Shown piece by piece: positions 13,590 through 27,330 of a stretch of 64,000 bases of DNA (positions within the stretch are counted from its first letter, which is position 1; each line of letters starts with the position of its first letter). The stretch lies in contig CP086569.2 of assembly GCA_009914755.4 (NCBI GenBank), positions 23,744,001 through 23,808,000 on the forward strand. Direction: 5' to 3'. The notes under the pieces are model-generated. The model did no database searches, was not told the DNA's origin, and worked only from the letters and a program-made list of their open reading frames with translations. The DNA is from the human T2T-CHM13v2.0 reference genome, Homo sapiens. Position numbers and translations under genes: made by a program.

Positions 13590-16500
13590 GACGGGATCAA
13601 ATTCGAGCATAACAATATCAACCTTAAGTACAAATGGGTTAAATGCTCGAATTAAAGACAGAGACTGGCAAATTGGATAAAGAGTCAAGACCCATCAGTG
13701 TGCTGTATTTAGGAGACTCATCTCACGTGCAGAGACACACGTAGACTCAACATAGATGGATGGAAGAAGATCTACCAAGCAAATAGAAAAAAAGGGGGGT
13801 GGAAGGGTTGCAATCCTGATTTCTGATAACACAGACCTTAAAACAACAAAGATCAAAAGAGACAAAGAAGGCTGTTGCATAATGGCAAAGGGATGAATTC
13901 AATGAGAAGAATTAACTATCCTAAATATATATGCACCCAATACAGGAGCACCCAGATTTATAAAGCAAGGCGTTAGAGACCTACACAGAGGCTTAAACTA
14001 CTACACAATAATAATGGGAGACTTTTTAACACCCCACCATCAACATTAGACAGATTAATGAGACAGAAAGTTAAAAAGGATATCCAGTAATAGAACTCAG
14101 CTCTGCACCAAGCGGACCTAATAGACATCTACAGAACTCTCCACCCCAAATCAACAGATATATGTTCTTTTCAGCACCACATCACACTTATTCCATAATT
14201 GACCACATAGTTGGAAGTAAAGCACACCTCGGCAAATGTAGAAGAGCAGAAATTATAAAAAACTGTCTCTCAGACCATAGGGCGATCAAACTAAAACTCC
14301 GGATTAAGAAACTCACTCAAAACTGCTCAACTACATGGGAACTGAACAACCTGCTCCTGAATGACTACTGTGTACATAAGAAAATGAAGGCAGAAATAAA
14401 GATGTTCTTTGAAACCAATGAGAACAAAGACACAACATATCAGAATCTCTGGGATACATTTAAAGCAGTGTGTAGAGGGAAATTTATAGCACTAAATGCC
14501 CATAAGAAATCATGAAAGATCTAAAGCTGACACCCTAACATCACTATTAACAGAACTAGAGAAACAAGAGCAAACACATTTAAAAGCTAGCAGAAGGCAA
14601 GAAATACCTAAGATCAGAGCAGAACTGAAGGAGACAGAGACACAAAAAACACTTCAAAAAATCAGTGAATCTGGGAGCTGGTTCTTTGAAAATATCACCA
14701 AAATTGATAGACTGCTAAGCAAGACTACTAAAGAAGAAAAGAGAGAAGAATCAAAGAGACACAATAAAAAGTTATATAGGGGATATCACAACCGATCCCA
14801 CAGAAATGGTAACTACCCTCAGAGAATACTAGAAACACCTCTATGCAAATAAATTAGGAAATCTAGAAGAAATGGATAAATTCCTTGACAAATACACCCT
14901 CCCAAGACTAAACCAAGAAGAAGTTGAATCCCTGAATAGACCAATAACAGACTCTGAATTTGAGACAATAATTAATCCCTATGAACAAAAAAAAGTCAAG
15001 GACGAGACAGATTCACAGCCGAATTCTGCCAGAGGTACAAGGAGGAGCTGGCACCATTCCTTCTGAAACTACTCCAATCATTAGAAAAAGAGGGAATCCT
15101 CCCTAATTCATTTTATGAAGCCAACAACATCCTGATACCAAAGCCAGCCAGAGACAGAACAAAAAAGAGAATTTTAGACCAATATCCCTGATGAACATCA
15201 ATGGAAAAATCCTCAGTAAAATACTGGTGAACCGAGTTTAGCAGCACATCAGAAAGCTTATCCACCACGATCAAGTTGGCTTCATCCAGGGGATGCAAGT
15301 CTTGTTCAACATATGCAAACCAATAAACGTAATACAACATATAAACAGAACCAAAGACAAAAACCACATGATTATCTCAATAGGTGCAGAAAAGGCCTTT
15401 GACAAAATTCAGCAGCCCTTCATGCTAAAAACTCTCAATAAATTAGGTATTGATGGGACGTACCTCAAAATAATAAGAGCTATTTATGACCAACCCACAG
15501 CCAATATCATACTGAATGTGCAAAAACTGGAAGCATTCCCTTTGAAAACTGGCACAAGTCAGGGATGGTCTCTCTCACCACTCCTGTTCAACATAGTGTT
15601 GGAAGTTCTGGCCAGGGCAATCAGGCAGGAGAAAGAAATTAATGGAATTCAATTAGTAAAAGAGGAAGTCAAATTGTCCCTGTTTGCAGATGATATGATT
15701 CTATATTCAGAAAACCCCATTGTCTCAGCCCAAAATCTCCTTAAGCTGATAAGCAACTTCCACAAAGTCTCAGGATGCAAAATCAATGTACAAAAATCAC
15801 AAGCATTCTTATACACCAATAACAGACAAACAGAGAGCCAAATCAAGAGTGAACTCCCATTCGCAATTGCTTGAAAAAGAAGAAAATACCTAGGAATCCA
15901 ACTTACAAGAGATGTGAAGGACCTCTTCAAGGAGCTCAAATCACTGCTCATTAAAATAAAAGAGGACACAAACAAATGGAAGAACATTCCATGCTCATGG
16001 ATAGGAAGAATCAATATCGTGAAAATGACCATACTGCCCAAGGTAATTTATAGATTCAATGCCATCGCCATCAAGCTACCAATGGCTTTCTTCACAGAAT
16101 TGGAAAAAATTACTTTAAAGATCATATGGAACCAAAAAAGAGACTGCATTGCCAAACGATCCTAAGCCAAAAGAACAGAGCTGGGGGCATCACACTACCT
16201 GACTTCAAACTATACTACAAGGCTACAGTCACCAAAACAGCATGGTACTGGTACCTAAATAGAGATATAGACCAATGGAATGGAACAGAGCCTTCAGAAA
16301 TGATACCACACAACTACAGCCAATTGATCTTTGACAAACCTGACAAAAACAAGAAATGGGGAAAGCATTCTCTATTTAATAAATGGTGCTGGGAAAACTG
16401 GCTAGCCATATGTAGAAAGCTGAAACTGGATCTCTTCATTACAGCTTATACAAAAATCAATTCAAGATGGATTAAAGACTTAAATGTTCTACCTAACACC

Positions 16501-17405
16501 ATAAAAACCCTAGAAGAAAACCTAGGCAGTACCATTCAGGACACAGACATGGGTAAGGACTTCATGTCTAAAACACCAAAAGCAATGGCAACAAAAGCCA
16601 AAATTGACACATGGGATCTAATCAAACTAAAGAGCCTCTACACAGCAAAAGAAACTACCATCACAGTGAACGGGCAACCTACAGAAGGGGAGAAATTTTT
16701 TGCAATCTACTCATCTGACAAAGGGCTAATATCCAGACTCTACAAAGAACTCAAACAAAGGTAAAAGCAAAAACAAACGACCTCATCAAAAAGTGGGTGA
16801 AGTATATGAACAGACACTTCTCAAAAGAAGACATTTATGCAGCCAACAGACACATGAAAAAATGCTCATCATCATGGCCAAAAAAGAAATGCAAATCAAA
16901 ACCACAATGAGATACCATGTCACACCAGTTAGAATGGTGATCATTAAAAAGTCAGGAAACTGCATGTGTTGGAGAGGATGTGGAGAAATAGGAACACTTT
17001 TACACTCTTGATGGGACTGTAAACTCGTTCAACCATTGCGGAAGACAGTGTGGTGATTCCTCAAGGATCTAGAACTAGAAATATCATTTGACCCAGCCAT
17101 GCCATTACCGGGTATATACCCAAAGAAGTATAAATCATGCTGCTATAAAGACACATGCACACGTATGTTTATTGTGGAACTATTCACAATAGCAAAGACT
17201 TGGAACCAACCCAAATGTCCAACAATGATAGACTGGATTAAGAAAATGTGGCACATATACACCATGGAATACTATGCAGCCATAAAAAAGGATGCATTCG
17301 TGTCCTTTGTAGGGACATGGATGAAGCTGGAAACCATTATTCTCAGCAAACTATTGCAAGGACAAAAAAAACAAACACCACATGCTCTCACTCATAGGTG
17401 GGAAT
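13590..17405 (+). pseudogene. L1 ORF2p (endonuclease-RT) remnant with multiple stops and frameshifts
   Basis: Starts atgacgggatcaaattcgagcataacaatatcaaccttaagtacaaatggg (MTGSNSSITISTLSTNGLNA). The ORF-track fragments 14162..14515, 15293..15874, 16126..16764 and 17099..17400 carry RT motifs (e.g. FADDMILY) and the C-terminal MEYYAAIKKD...SLIGGN-like end. Confidence 0.85.
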
Positions 17406-17689
17406 TGAACAATGAGAACACTTGGACACAGGATGGGGAACATCACACACCAGGGCCTGTCGTGGGATTGGAGATAGGGGGAGGGATAGAATTGGGAGAT
17501 ATTCCTAATGTAAATGATGAGTTAATGGGTGCAGCACACCAACATGGCACATGTATACATACCTACCAAACTTGCACGTTGCGCACATGTACCCTAGAAC
17601 TTCAGGTATTAAAAAAAGTAAATTTTATGAAATATCAGAGTTTTCAACTTAATAACTTGTTTCCTCTTTTCCACTCATTGGGTTAACAC

Positions 17690-20600
17690 TTACATGGAAT
17701 GTATTTCTCATCCTGTCATTTTCTGTCTTTTTTTAAATTAGATCTGAAGTGATTCTCTTGAAGACATGACATAGTTGATCTTAATATACATCATGATATA
17801 GTGAGAATTTTTTTTTTTTTTTTCGTTTTGAAGGTTACTTTTGCTGGGTGTGGTATTCTTGCTTAGACTCTTTTTTTCAGTGTTTTAACTATGTCATCCT
17901 GCTCCCATCTTGCCCAAAAAATTTATGTTCATAAATTTACTTGTAATCTTGCAGAAGCATGCATACAAATAACACATCTCTTTTATCTTCTTGCATTCCA
18001 GATTCTCTTCTTGTCTGTGAATTTCAAAATATTGTTTATGTTGTGTCTTATTAGAAATATTTTTGTGTTAATCTTCATTGTTATTTGCTGAGCTTCTTGA
18101 TTTCTTATATTTTTTACTAATGTTGAAGTCCATGTTAGTTTTTTTTTGGTACTTCTACTCTACAATTTTTATTTCTTTTTGTGATCTTTATCTTTGGTGA
18201 ATTCCTTTTTGTTATTTCATTTTTTATCTTTATTCTCATTTTCTCTTTCAGATGGTAATATTGATTTTTAGGGTAATTTTTTTCTTTTAAATATAGATCT
18301 AGACTTCAATTCAAATTATCACAGCTAATTTTTAAAACTCCATCTTTAAATAATTGTTTTCTGTATATTCCTTTTTATGTTTGATTGATCCATATTATCT
18401 TGATGTATTTCAATGTTTGCCTCACTGTCTAGGTGGGGAAGTTATCATGGATGATATTCCAAAATATGTATTTCAAGTTGTTTTCATTCCCCCCATCACT
18501 TTCAGGCACTCTCTTTAATCATGTATTTGGTTACTTTACATAATTAAATATTTCTCAGAGGTTTTGTTCATTTCTATTTATTCTTTTTTTACTATTCTTG
18601 TCTCTATTATTTCAGAAAGCCAGTCTTGAAACTCTGAAATTCTTTCTTCTGCTTAGCCAATTCTGCAGTAATATGTGTGAATAAATTATAAAGTTTTGTA
18701 TTCTGTTTTTCAGCTTTATCACACTGGCCACATTTTCCTCCAGATTGTTTGTTTTATCTGTCAGTTTCTGCAATTTTCCCTTCCTTGCATTGGTTTGCAA
18801 CTTACTTTTGTAGCTCAATGAAGCTTATTTCTATTCACATTCTGAATTCTATTTCTGTCTTCTTAGGTCTTGCTGGAAATGTAGGTTGGTTATTTGGATT
18901 AAATAAGTCACTCTAGCTTTTTTTTTTTTTCCCCAGCAGTTTTGCATTGATTTTGTCTCATCTTTGTAGGCATATATTTGAGGTTGCTGAACTTTGAATG
19001 AAGATTTTTTAATCATATTTTGATGTTCTTGAGTATCTGATTGTGGCATAAGGTGCTTTCATCCAACAGGCTTTGTTCTTGGGAGAAGTTTTTATTTTTT
19101 TATTTTTATTTTTTATATTTTTTGTGGAGGGGTTGGGGGAAGTGCTCAGCTCACAACTCAGAGGCTTCATACTCAGCGGGAATTGTATTGAGCCCCAACT
19201 CTCTTCCCTGTCTCTTTGATATTTGGAGTCTGCCACCCTGTTGGACTAAGTTTCTGCAGCTTCAGCAGAGTGCTAGTGGATATGGAGTTTCTGCCTGTCT
19301 TCACTTATTCATCTCAGTAGCAGGAGCAATGTAGCTGGGATGGGAGTAGGTGCACCTGCTGGAGACTGTGTGCTGTTGCAATAAATGTGGTGTTAGCATG
19401 TGGTAGGATGCTGACCAATGAAGGTTTGAAGCCTTCTTTTTGCCCCCTAAAGAAGAAGTGATTGTTCAGAATGTGGGAGGATACACTGTTCTCTGCACAG
19501 TGTTAGCATAAAGGTAGCAGTGAGTCTTTTTGGCTCTCTGCCCACCAAAGCTTTATCTACAATGGCAGCTGCTGGGTTGGCAGGAGCATACTGCATTCCC
19601 GTTTGCTAGTGGGCCAAGCAAAGCCAAATCTGCCTTTGAAGACATGTGCCAGTAAAGTAATATGAGGAGTTGCCATGTTTTCGAGGGAAAGTGCAGTGTG
19701 GGAAAGAAACATGTGGGCTGCTGCAGTCATAGGGGCTGCCTAGCTGTTGCTCTTCAGGAGTTATATGTGACCTACCAGTGCAGATGGTATGGTATGGGCT
19801 CTCAGTGTGCCTGAGACTGGCCTGTAAGGATCTGGGTGCCTGGGAGAGGCGGTAAACCACGGAGTGCTCAGTTAGACAAGCTTCTGATTTTCAAAGCTAT
19901 ATTACAGTAATTAGGTCCAACACTTCCCTAGGGCAAAACTCTCTTATGTGAAAAAGTTGCTGGTAGAGAAATGGCCATCACTGGCCACACCTTACTACAG
20001 ATGCCCTTGCACCAAACCCTCTGGTCACCACATAAGCTGGCTTGCTGCCCTACCTCTTTGCTGGTTTTCTGAAGGCTGCATCTAAGAGAGATGTAGGTCA
20101 GCAATCCCTCAGTACAGTCAGCCCATGATGAAAGATCTGTGATTTTGGTCAAGTTAGGGGTCAACTGTCTGGTGAGGAGCAGTGGGTAGTTTGTGGGACC
20201 CATGGTGAATGAACTGGCCTCCTCTCCTTGGGTAAACTGCAGCTTGTTTGATGTTTGAATAAGACACTCAGGGTTTTGGATTTTTCACTAGTCTAAGGGT
20301 AGCAAGGAAAGTTCTACTATAGAGGCAGTGGCAGAAATATTTTCAGTCGTTACTGGGGTCCCTGTCCAGGGAGTCGCTAAGTTGCTACTATCTCAATACC
20401 TCTGGCAGTGATTGGCTAGTGGCCCAGGCCTGGAGAACCTGTCCAGTGAGAATATATGAGAACAGGCACTCACATAACAGTATGGCCACTTTTCTGAAGG
20501 GCTGCCTCAGTATGCGAGGTGTCCATTGCCATTCCTAGTCACCTAAGATTTTCCAGTACTTGAAGTTACCACCACTGAATGTTGCTAAACTAAATAATTG

Positions 20601-21830
20601 CAGCGTGCCTTTTTTTTTCTGGGTGCTCAATCCCAGGGAGGTATAGACCTCTTTCCAACCCAATAGCACCTATAAGAGGTAGCTGGAATCCCTTGTTGAA
20701 ATTTCTTACTCAGTAAAGAGAACGTAATTGGGGAGCCACTTAAGAAAGCAGTCTAGCAACATTTTCATAGTACGTCTCTGCTGTGCAGAGGTACCACTTC
20801 CATCCACAGTTTATTTGGATTCTCCAAAGCCAGAAGGCTGGAACAGCCAAGTCACACACATAGGAAAAATTGCTGCTCACTCTTCCCTCTAGCAATTATA
20901 TCACAAAGAGGTTTCAAAATTCCATCGACCAAAGATCGTGGTCTTTGATCACAGCTACTACCAGTGGTGGTAGCTGCTCACTCTGGTTAGGAAGTCCTTT
21001 CCAGTTGCAAGAAATGAGATTGGGTACCTGATTTAACAGGCATTCTGGCCATGTCTTTTTAGAGCACCTATACTGTGCTAGGAGATTCTTTATTCCCCAC
21101 GTTAGCTTGGGCTTTTTAAAGCCTGAAGGCTGGAATGCCTAAGTTGCCCAAGCAGCTAAGGTGGTGTCCCACTCGACTTTCTGATAGCTCCATGCCAGGG
21201 AGGTCCAGTGCTGCTACCAATGGGCTGACCAGAATGCTAAGCCAATAAGTCTTACCCTGTGGGGCACTGTGGGCATGGGTCCTAAGACCTAAGACCATGA
21301 CTGGTCAGCCTCATGGATTCTGTCTCTTTTCTATGAATACTTACAGAAGTACAGATTCCTGCTTTACTGGAGTTGCAACTACTTTTTCTGGGAAGCCTGG
21401 AAAAACTGAGTACCTAAAGTTCTTGAATCTCTGCACAGGCCTCAGCAGCTGATCTCTGAGACTCCACGTAGCTCTGTGTGTTCAACTGAAGGCCTTGATG
21501 AAGCAGGTTCATGAATAGATCTCCTCACCTGAGGGTTGCAAAGATCTGTGGGAGAATCGTGGGTTCCCAGGGTCACACTTATACCCACTGCTTTATTGAG
21601 TGGGAATGTTTTCTTGGTTCCATGTTGTTCCCAGGTGGTTCACTGTCCTGCCTTGCTTTATTCCATTCTCCATAACTTAAGTTGTTTGATTTTTCCCAAT
21701 GCAAGCACCTGGGTGTTTCAGTTGAAGGTGATGTATTTATGCACAACTTGCATTCCTCTCTATGAGAACTACACAGACTAGCTGCTTCTCATCAGCAGTC
21801 TTGATCACTTTCCTATAACAGGGACCTAGT
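17690..21830. other. Degenerate, unclassified interspersed-repeat-like sequence (possibly old L1 fragments); no satellite periodicity
   Basis: AT-rich, with no long ORFs and no tandem periodicity. Some stretches are reminiscent of ancient L1 sequence, but I cannot classify them by eye. Confidence 0.2.
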
Positions 21831-23016
21831 TTTTAATATTAAAATAATTTAATATTTTTCAAAAGCAAATATTGATGTAATTTAACTCTTACATTTGTTG
21901 CTATGTCTTCATATCTAAAATATATGGGAAAGAACATGGACAATTGTTGCTCCACCAGAGTTATGAGAGGTTCTTCCATATTAGATGGACAGATTTATCT
22001 ATTTTGCAATGGAAGACTAAGAAAACTGAAATCTAATATACATGAAAAATTTCTAAGTGAAAAGGGCAAGTACTGGTTGGTTTATAACAGTATCATAGTG
22101 ACAGGATGATAGGAGTGTGGTAAGTGCTCAGGATAATATTATGCATAGTAATAGGAACAATTTGAATTTTAAACAAAAATTGCTTTACCATTTGCAAATT
22201 AAGGTAATTAAAATACAGTGAATTTAAAAATACCTTTTTAATGACAATGTGTGGACTTAATTTTTTTCAAATTAACCAGAATTGTTGTTATTGTGTTAAG
22301 GCTATTTTATATTGAATGTGTGTCTTGCCACTGATGTTATCGTATCTTACTCAAAGCTGTAAGTAACAGATGGTGACAATTTGCTATAGGGTCACAGTGA
22401 AATAACGTCTGTAGTCATTCTTTTGTCAGTGGTCTTTAACTTAAAATAATTTGGAAAATATGGTTTTTACAACTTACATTTATGTTTTTCTTGTAACTAA
22501 AGGTGATTATGATGGCTCTAATGGAGATTATATGAGTATAATGGAGCTACAGTCTTCTGAATTCTGAACAAGTGTTTACAAAATTTTATCCTACTTTTTT
22601 CTATTAAACATATGACTTCTCTGGTCTGCTAAACACATAAAGACCTTTAGCTTTAGTTTACATGAATTTAAATATAAGAGATATATTACTGTAAAATAAA
22701 CTTTAGGTGTGTAACAGATCTATAGCAAGTAATGAGAGTTATTTATGGCTGTGTATCTACTTTGAGAAGGAAAGAAAAATGTTAGAATGCAACAGATAAT
22801 TTTACAAGTGTTGATAACTTATCACCAAATAAAAAACTTCAACAATTTTGAAAGCAAATCTATTTTCTCAGCTTTGTGTTAAACTCATTTATTTAAAATA
22901 TTATTGCTCCTGGCTTAGAAAAATCTTGGGCAAATTCTGCTTTTTATGTTTGTCCCTTTGCCTGTTGCTAACTGTAGACATAATGTATAATTCTCTTTTC
23001 AGAAAATTCCGCAAAA

Positions 23017-23270
23017 CATTCTTTGGTGTGGGTGCAGTGGCTGACATCTGAAATCTCAGCACTTTGTGAGGCTGAGACAGGTGGATCACCAGAGACCAGG
23101 GGTTCAACACCAGCCAGGCCAACATACTGAAAGCCCATCTGTACTAAAAATACAAAAATTATCTGGGTGGGTGCGTGTAATCCCAGCTACACAGGAGGCT
23201 GAGGCAGAAGAATCACTTGAAACTGGGAAAGAGAGGTGGCAATGCACCTTCTGGAGCTGCAGGGTGGGCA
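23017..23270 (+). mobile_element. Alu fragment (3'-truncated)
   Basis: ggtgtgggtgcagtggctgacatctgaaatctcagcactttgtgaggctgagacaggtggatcaccag...gtaatcccagctacacaggaggctgaggcagaagaatcacttgaaactggg. Confidence 0.75.
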
Positions 23271-24582
23271 CTGCGCAGTGGCTTGGTAAAAGGAGGGTGA
23301 GCAGCCTCTCACTGAGGGGATTTCATTGCCCCTTATTCTGATGGGCAAATTGAGCCCCCAAAGCCACAAGCCAAGAGGGGCAAAAGCACTCATCTGAGGC
23401 AAGAACCTTTTTCTTTACAGGCTCCCTTAAGTTTCAGACTTCCCTGGGCTTGCCTGAATCCTCTCTGGGCTTGCCTTTAGAAAAAAGATTCTTCTTCCTT
23501 CTGATTGTAGGCAGAGAAGCAACCAGTCAGTTGTGGTAAGCCCACCCACAGCTTCTTTTGTGGGCCAACCTGGGCCTCTACACTCTACTGGACTGTAAAA
23601 CAGAAATTCTAGAGTCCAGAATTCACATTTTGTTCTAGAACAAGAGTTAAGCACCCAGGCCAGAGCAAAAGTGGGCCTGTTAATTCCGTGGCACAAATCC
23701 CAAATCAGAGAACTGGCTTGACTGTCCAGCTACACCCAGGCAGGGTTTGTACTGTTTCAAGTTGGTCCCATTCTCTTCCTGCCTCCTCAGCTACACCCAG
23801 GCAGGGTTTGTACTGTTTCAAACAGGTCCCATTCTCTTCCAGCCTCCCGTAACTTGCCATCTGTATCAGCTGTTTCTCTACCCTCCACACCCTATAATTT
23901 TTGAAATTCCTCTGAAGACTGCCTGAGCCAAACATCAAGGGTCACAGAGCTCTAGCCTACTCAGGCTGTGCCAGGAAGGGAGAGCTCACAACCTACCTTG
24001 ACACTTAAGAGTCATGTACAAATAGTAGCAACTCTAGGAGGAGGACTGTCACATACTCAGATCCTTTTCTGGTCTCCATAACAAAAGATATGTCAGAATG
24101 GCAAGGATAATAATACACAACCCTGGCAGTTCTCCCTTTTAAAGGGCAGCCTCAGCCTGGTCATTCTGAACCACAATTTTAGGGTTTATTTCAGCATGTC
24201 CCACCTTGTAAAATAGTACTGGAGCCCCAGAATGATATGATTGAGTGAAATTCTGGAGAAGGAGCACCTCAGCAGCCTGAATGAACCTATAATAGGAACA
24301 GATCCTACCAGCTAAGAAGCCATCTCATTAACTTAGATATCCATACCAGCAACGTGCACACACATCAGCCCCTTAAATAAAATCCTGTCAATGGAGTGAT
24401 TCAGGTAAAAGCAAAAATTTGTTTATCTAGAGTCTCAGGAAGAAGAACCTCTGTTGTCTGAATCAGAATATATGATGGATGCAACTGACAGTGTTAACTT
24501 TACTTGGGGATAGCTGGACATTAACCTTACATTAAAAGTGCTTCTGAGTGTTAAAACTTCCAAGTGACAAAAATCAAATTGT

Positions 24583-24897
24583 GGCCTGGCTGGGAGCAGT
24601 GGCTAATGCCTGTAATCCCAGAACTTAGTTAGTCCAAGCCAGGTGGATCATCAGAGGTCAGGAGTTCAAGATCAGCCTGACCAACATGGAGAAACCTCTT
24701 CTCTACTAAAAATACAGAGTTCAAGATAAGCCTGACCAACATGGAGAAACCTCTTCTCTACTAAATATACATCAGCCAGAGATTGTGGAACTTGCCTGTA
24801 ATCCCAGCTACATGGGAGGCTGAGACAGGAGAAGATCATGCCATTGCACCCCAGCCTGGTCAACAGAGTGAGATTTTGTCTCAAAGAAAAAAAAAAT
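24583..24897 (+). mobile_element. Alu with an internal ~47-bp tandem duplication (24672-24765)
   Basis: ggcctggctgggagcagtggctaatgcctgtaatcccagaac.... The segment gagttcaagat(c/a)agcctgaccaacatggagaaacctcttctctactaaa is present twice. The 3' end reads agtgagattttgtctcaaagaaaaaaaaaa. Confidence 0.85.
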
Positions 24898-26084
24898 CTA
24901 GTAGTGGCCAACCTAGAAGTTATTCTTTACCTATGAGGAACGTCTGAGACCCTGGTCTGTCCTATCCTGTGGCATGGAACACGGGCCACACAGAGGATTG
25001 AAGCCCTTTCATTTTTTGTTAAATAAAGGCTGACAGATGAAAGGTTGTTCAGACAAATGTGTTAAATAAAAATACTATACTAACTATAGGCTTTTTGCAA
25101 GTGGCTGTTGTTATCCTACTAAGCCCACTGACACTGGACTTTCTCCACTTTATGTAAGTCCAAAGTAAAACTCCATATCTCATTCACTGGTTCTGAGTCT
25201 ATTCTTTGACATCTTGAACCTCAAAACTCACCAAAGCATCAGCTATAGATGCAATTGTTCTCTTTACTACTCTCATTCAAGCCTCTTTTTTCAGATGAAC
25301 TTTCAGTGGAATACCAAGAAAGATGAACATGAAACACATCGTGGTCAGATGTAAGATTGATGCCAGAATAGGCAGTGACCACTTTCAAAGCAAAAGGGAG
25401 CATTTTTCTTTCCCCATGAGCAGCTCTCAACTTCTGTCATCATTTTCTGGTTTCAGTAATGGTTACATCCTGGCTCTGGAGGAACCATTGGCCCTGGGTA
25501 ATAAACATCTTCACTTAATCCTGGTGCAAAAAAGCTTTCTTTTGACAAATATGTCCTCTGTGATCACGAGCTTCTAAGCAATCTGGACAATGCCCAAACC
25601 AAAAAAAAAAAAAAAAAAAAACTATGAAAGAGAGATGAGTAGGTGTTAGGGAAACAACTTTCCACTTTTTTCTTTTGGCAAATTCAAACAATTTTGATGG
25701 TAGACAGATGTGCAGAAGAGGACAGCATAGTATAATTCCTCATCACATGAGTTTACAACCAAGAGTTTTCAGTCCTAACTATGAGAGCTCCAGATGAAAA
25801 CCAGAAGTTACTTCACTGTACATCTATTAATGTCTGATTGCACAGCTTTTTTTTATCATACTGAGGAGCCTTCACTGAGTATTTTTCCATTGAACATGTA
25901 GAGATAAACAGGAAAAGATAAAATAACAACTCCATAAATTTATTAAACAAGGTGTAGAAATGTTTATCTTCTCATATTATTACCATTTTCACACACACAT
26001 AATTGCATGTATATCTACCCATAAAGCTGAAATTTTCATAATAAATCTGTTATATGTCAAGTTTAAATTCAAAAAATATTTTTC

Positions 26085-26385
26085 AGTCAGTCGTGGTGGC
26101 TCACACCTGTAACCCTAGTACTTCAGGATCCTGAGGTGGATGGATCACTTGAGGTCAGGGGTTTCAAACCAGCCTGGTGAAACTATGTCTCCACTAAAAA
26201 TCCAAAAAAAAAAAAATTTTTCTGGGGATGGTGGTACATGCCTGTAATGCTACTTGGGAGGCTGAAGCCAGACAAGTTCTTGAATCTGAGATGTGGAGGC
26301 TGCAGTGATCCCAGATTGTGTCACCACACTGCAGGTGGAGTGACACCGCAAGATTCTGTCTCAAAAACAGACAAACAGAAAAATA
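26085..26385 (+). mobile_element. Alu, diverged
   Basis: gtcgtggtggctcacacctgtaaccctagtacttcaggatcctgaggtggatggatcacttgaggtcagg ... ctgtctcaaaaacagacaaacag. Confidence 0.75.
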
Positions 26386-26779
26386 TTTTTTCTTTCTTAC
26401 AACAAAAAGACACACATGTGTTCTAGATATGCCCTGGTGGAGTGGAGTGGGTGTGGAGCCTGTCTTTGTAAAGAAGGAAGAAGGGCCAGTACCCAGGATT
26501 ATGTGTGAAGGATGAATTGGCACACAAATAAAGGGGCAGCCAGGCCCTTGGCCTAGCAACACTGAAGCTTACAGGTGGCTTCGGAAAGCAGGATAAATAG
26601 CCCGTGGACTTAATGCTAGATGGCTCTGTAACAATGAAACATCTGCCCAGGGATCTTAGCAATCCTGCTAGAAGGCCCTGACTATACCCTGGATTGGAGA
26701 TACCTGAGGTAGAGTGGCTGCCAGAGAGCCTGAGCAAACACCAGTTTTGACCACTATGGCTGGGTCAATCTAAAATAGC

Positions 26780-27330
26780 TTATCTCTTCTGATTTACAAT
26801 ACAAAATATAGAAAAATAAAGTGAAAAAAGTAAAATCAAGAGAAAAAAATTAAAAAATAAGTTTAAAGTAATTAAAAATAGTAAAGACAAATAAACTGAA
26901 ACAAAATAGAGAAAAATAAAGAGAAATGTAATTAAGATCAGGGAAAGTAAATAAAATGAAGATGAAGAAAATAAATACAATAAAATTAAGAGAAATAAAC
27001 AGAAATGAAACAATTTGCAATAGAATAAAATAAAACTTTATGAATCAGGAGAAAAAATAAAAGTAAAAATAAAGATAAATATGGAGAAATAAAATAAAAT
27101 AATATAAAGGGATAAGAATGGGAGTAAATAAGATAAAAAAGAAATTAAATAAAATGTTTCAAACAAGACACAAATTGGAGAACATTTGAAATGAAGAGAC
27201 AATAATATAAAAAATAAAAGATAGAAACAAATTTAAATGCATAGAAAAAATGAAAGTAAATAAAAAATAAAAAAGAAAAAGAAAAATATATAGAAAAATA
27301 AAAGTTAAAGAGCAAAATAAGACCTGGGGA
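26780..27330. repeat. A-rich low-complexity tract (AAATA/AAAGA-like units), ~550 bp
   Basis: Continuous aaataaa / gaaaaa motifs. The FLFLF-type ORFs here are compositional artefacts. Confidence 0.8.

Larger units (their letters stand above)
11497..17620 (+). mobile_element. Full-length L1 (L1PA-type, older 5'UTR variant), ~6.1 kb, ORFs disrupted
   Basis: The 5' end reads ggggcggttccaagtggccgaataggaacagctccagtctacagctc (L1 5'UTR start). ORF1 and ORF2 homologous sequence follow. The 3' end reads gcgcacatgtaccctagaacttcaggtattaaaaaaag. Confidence 0.85.
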
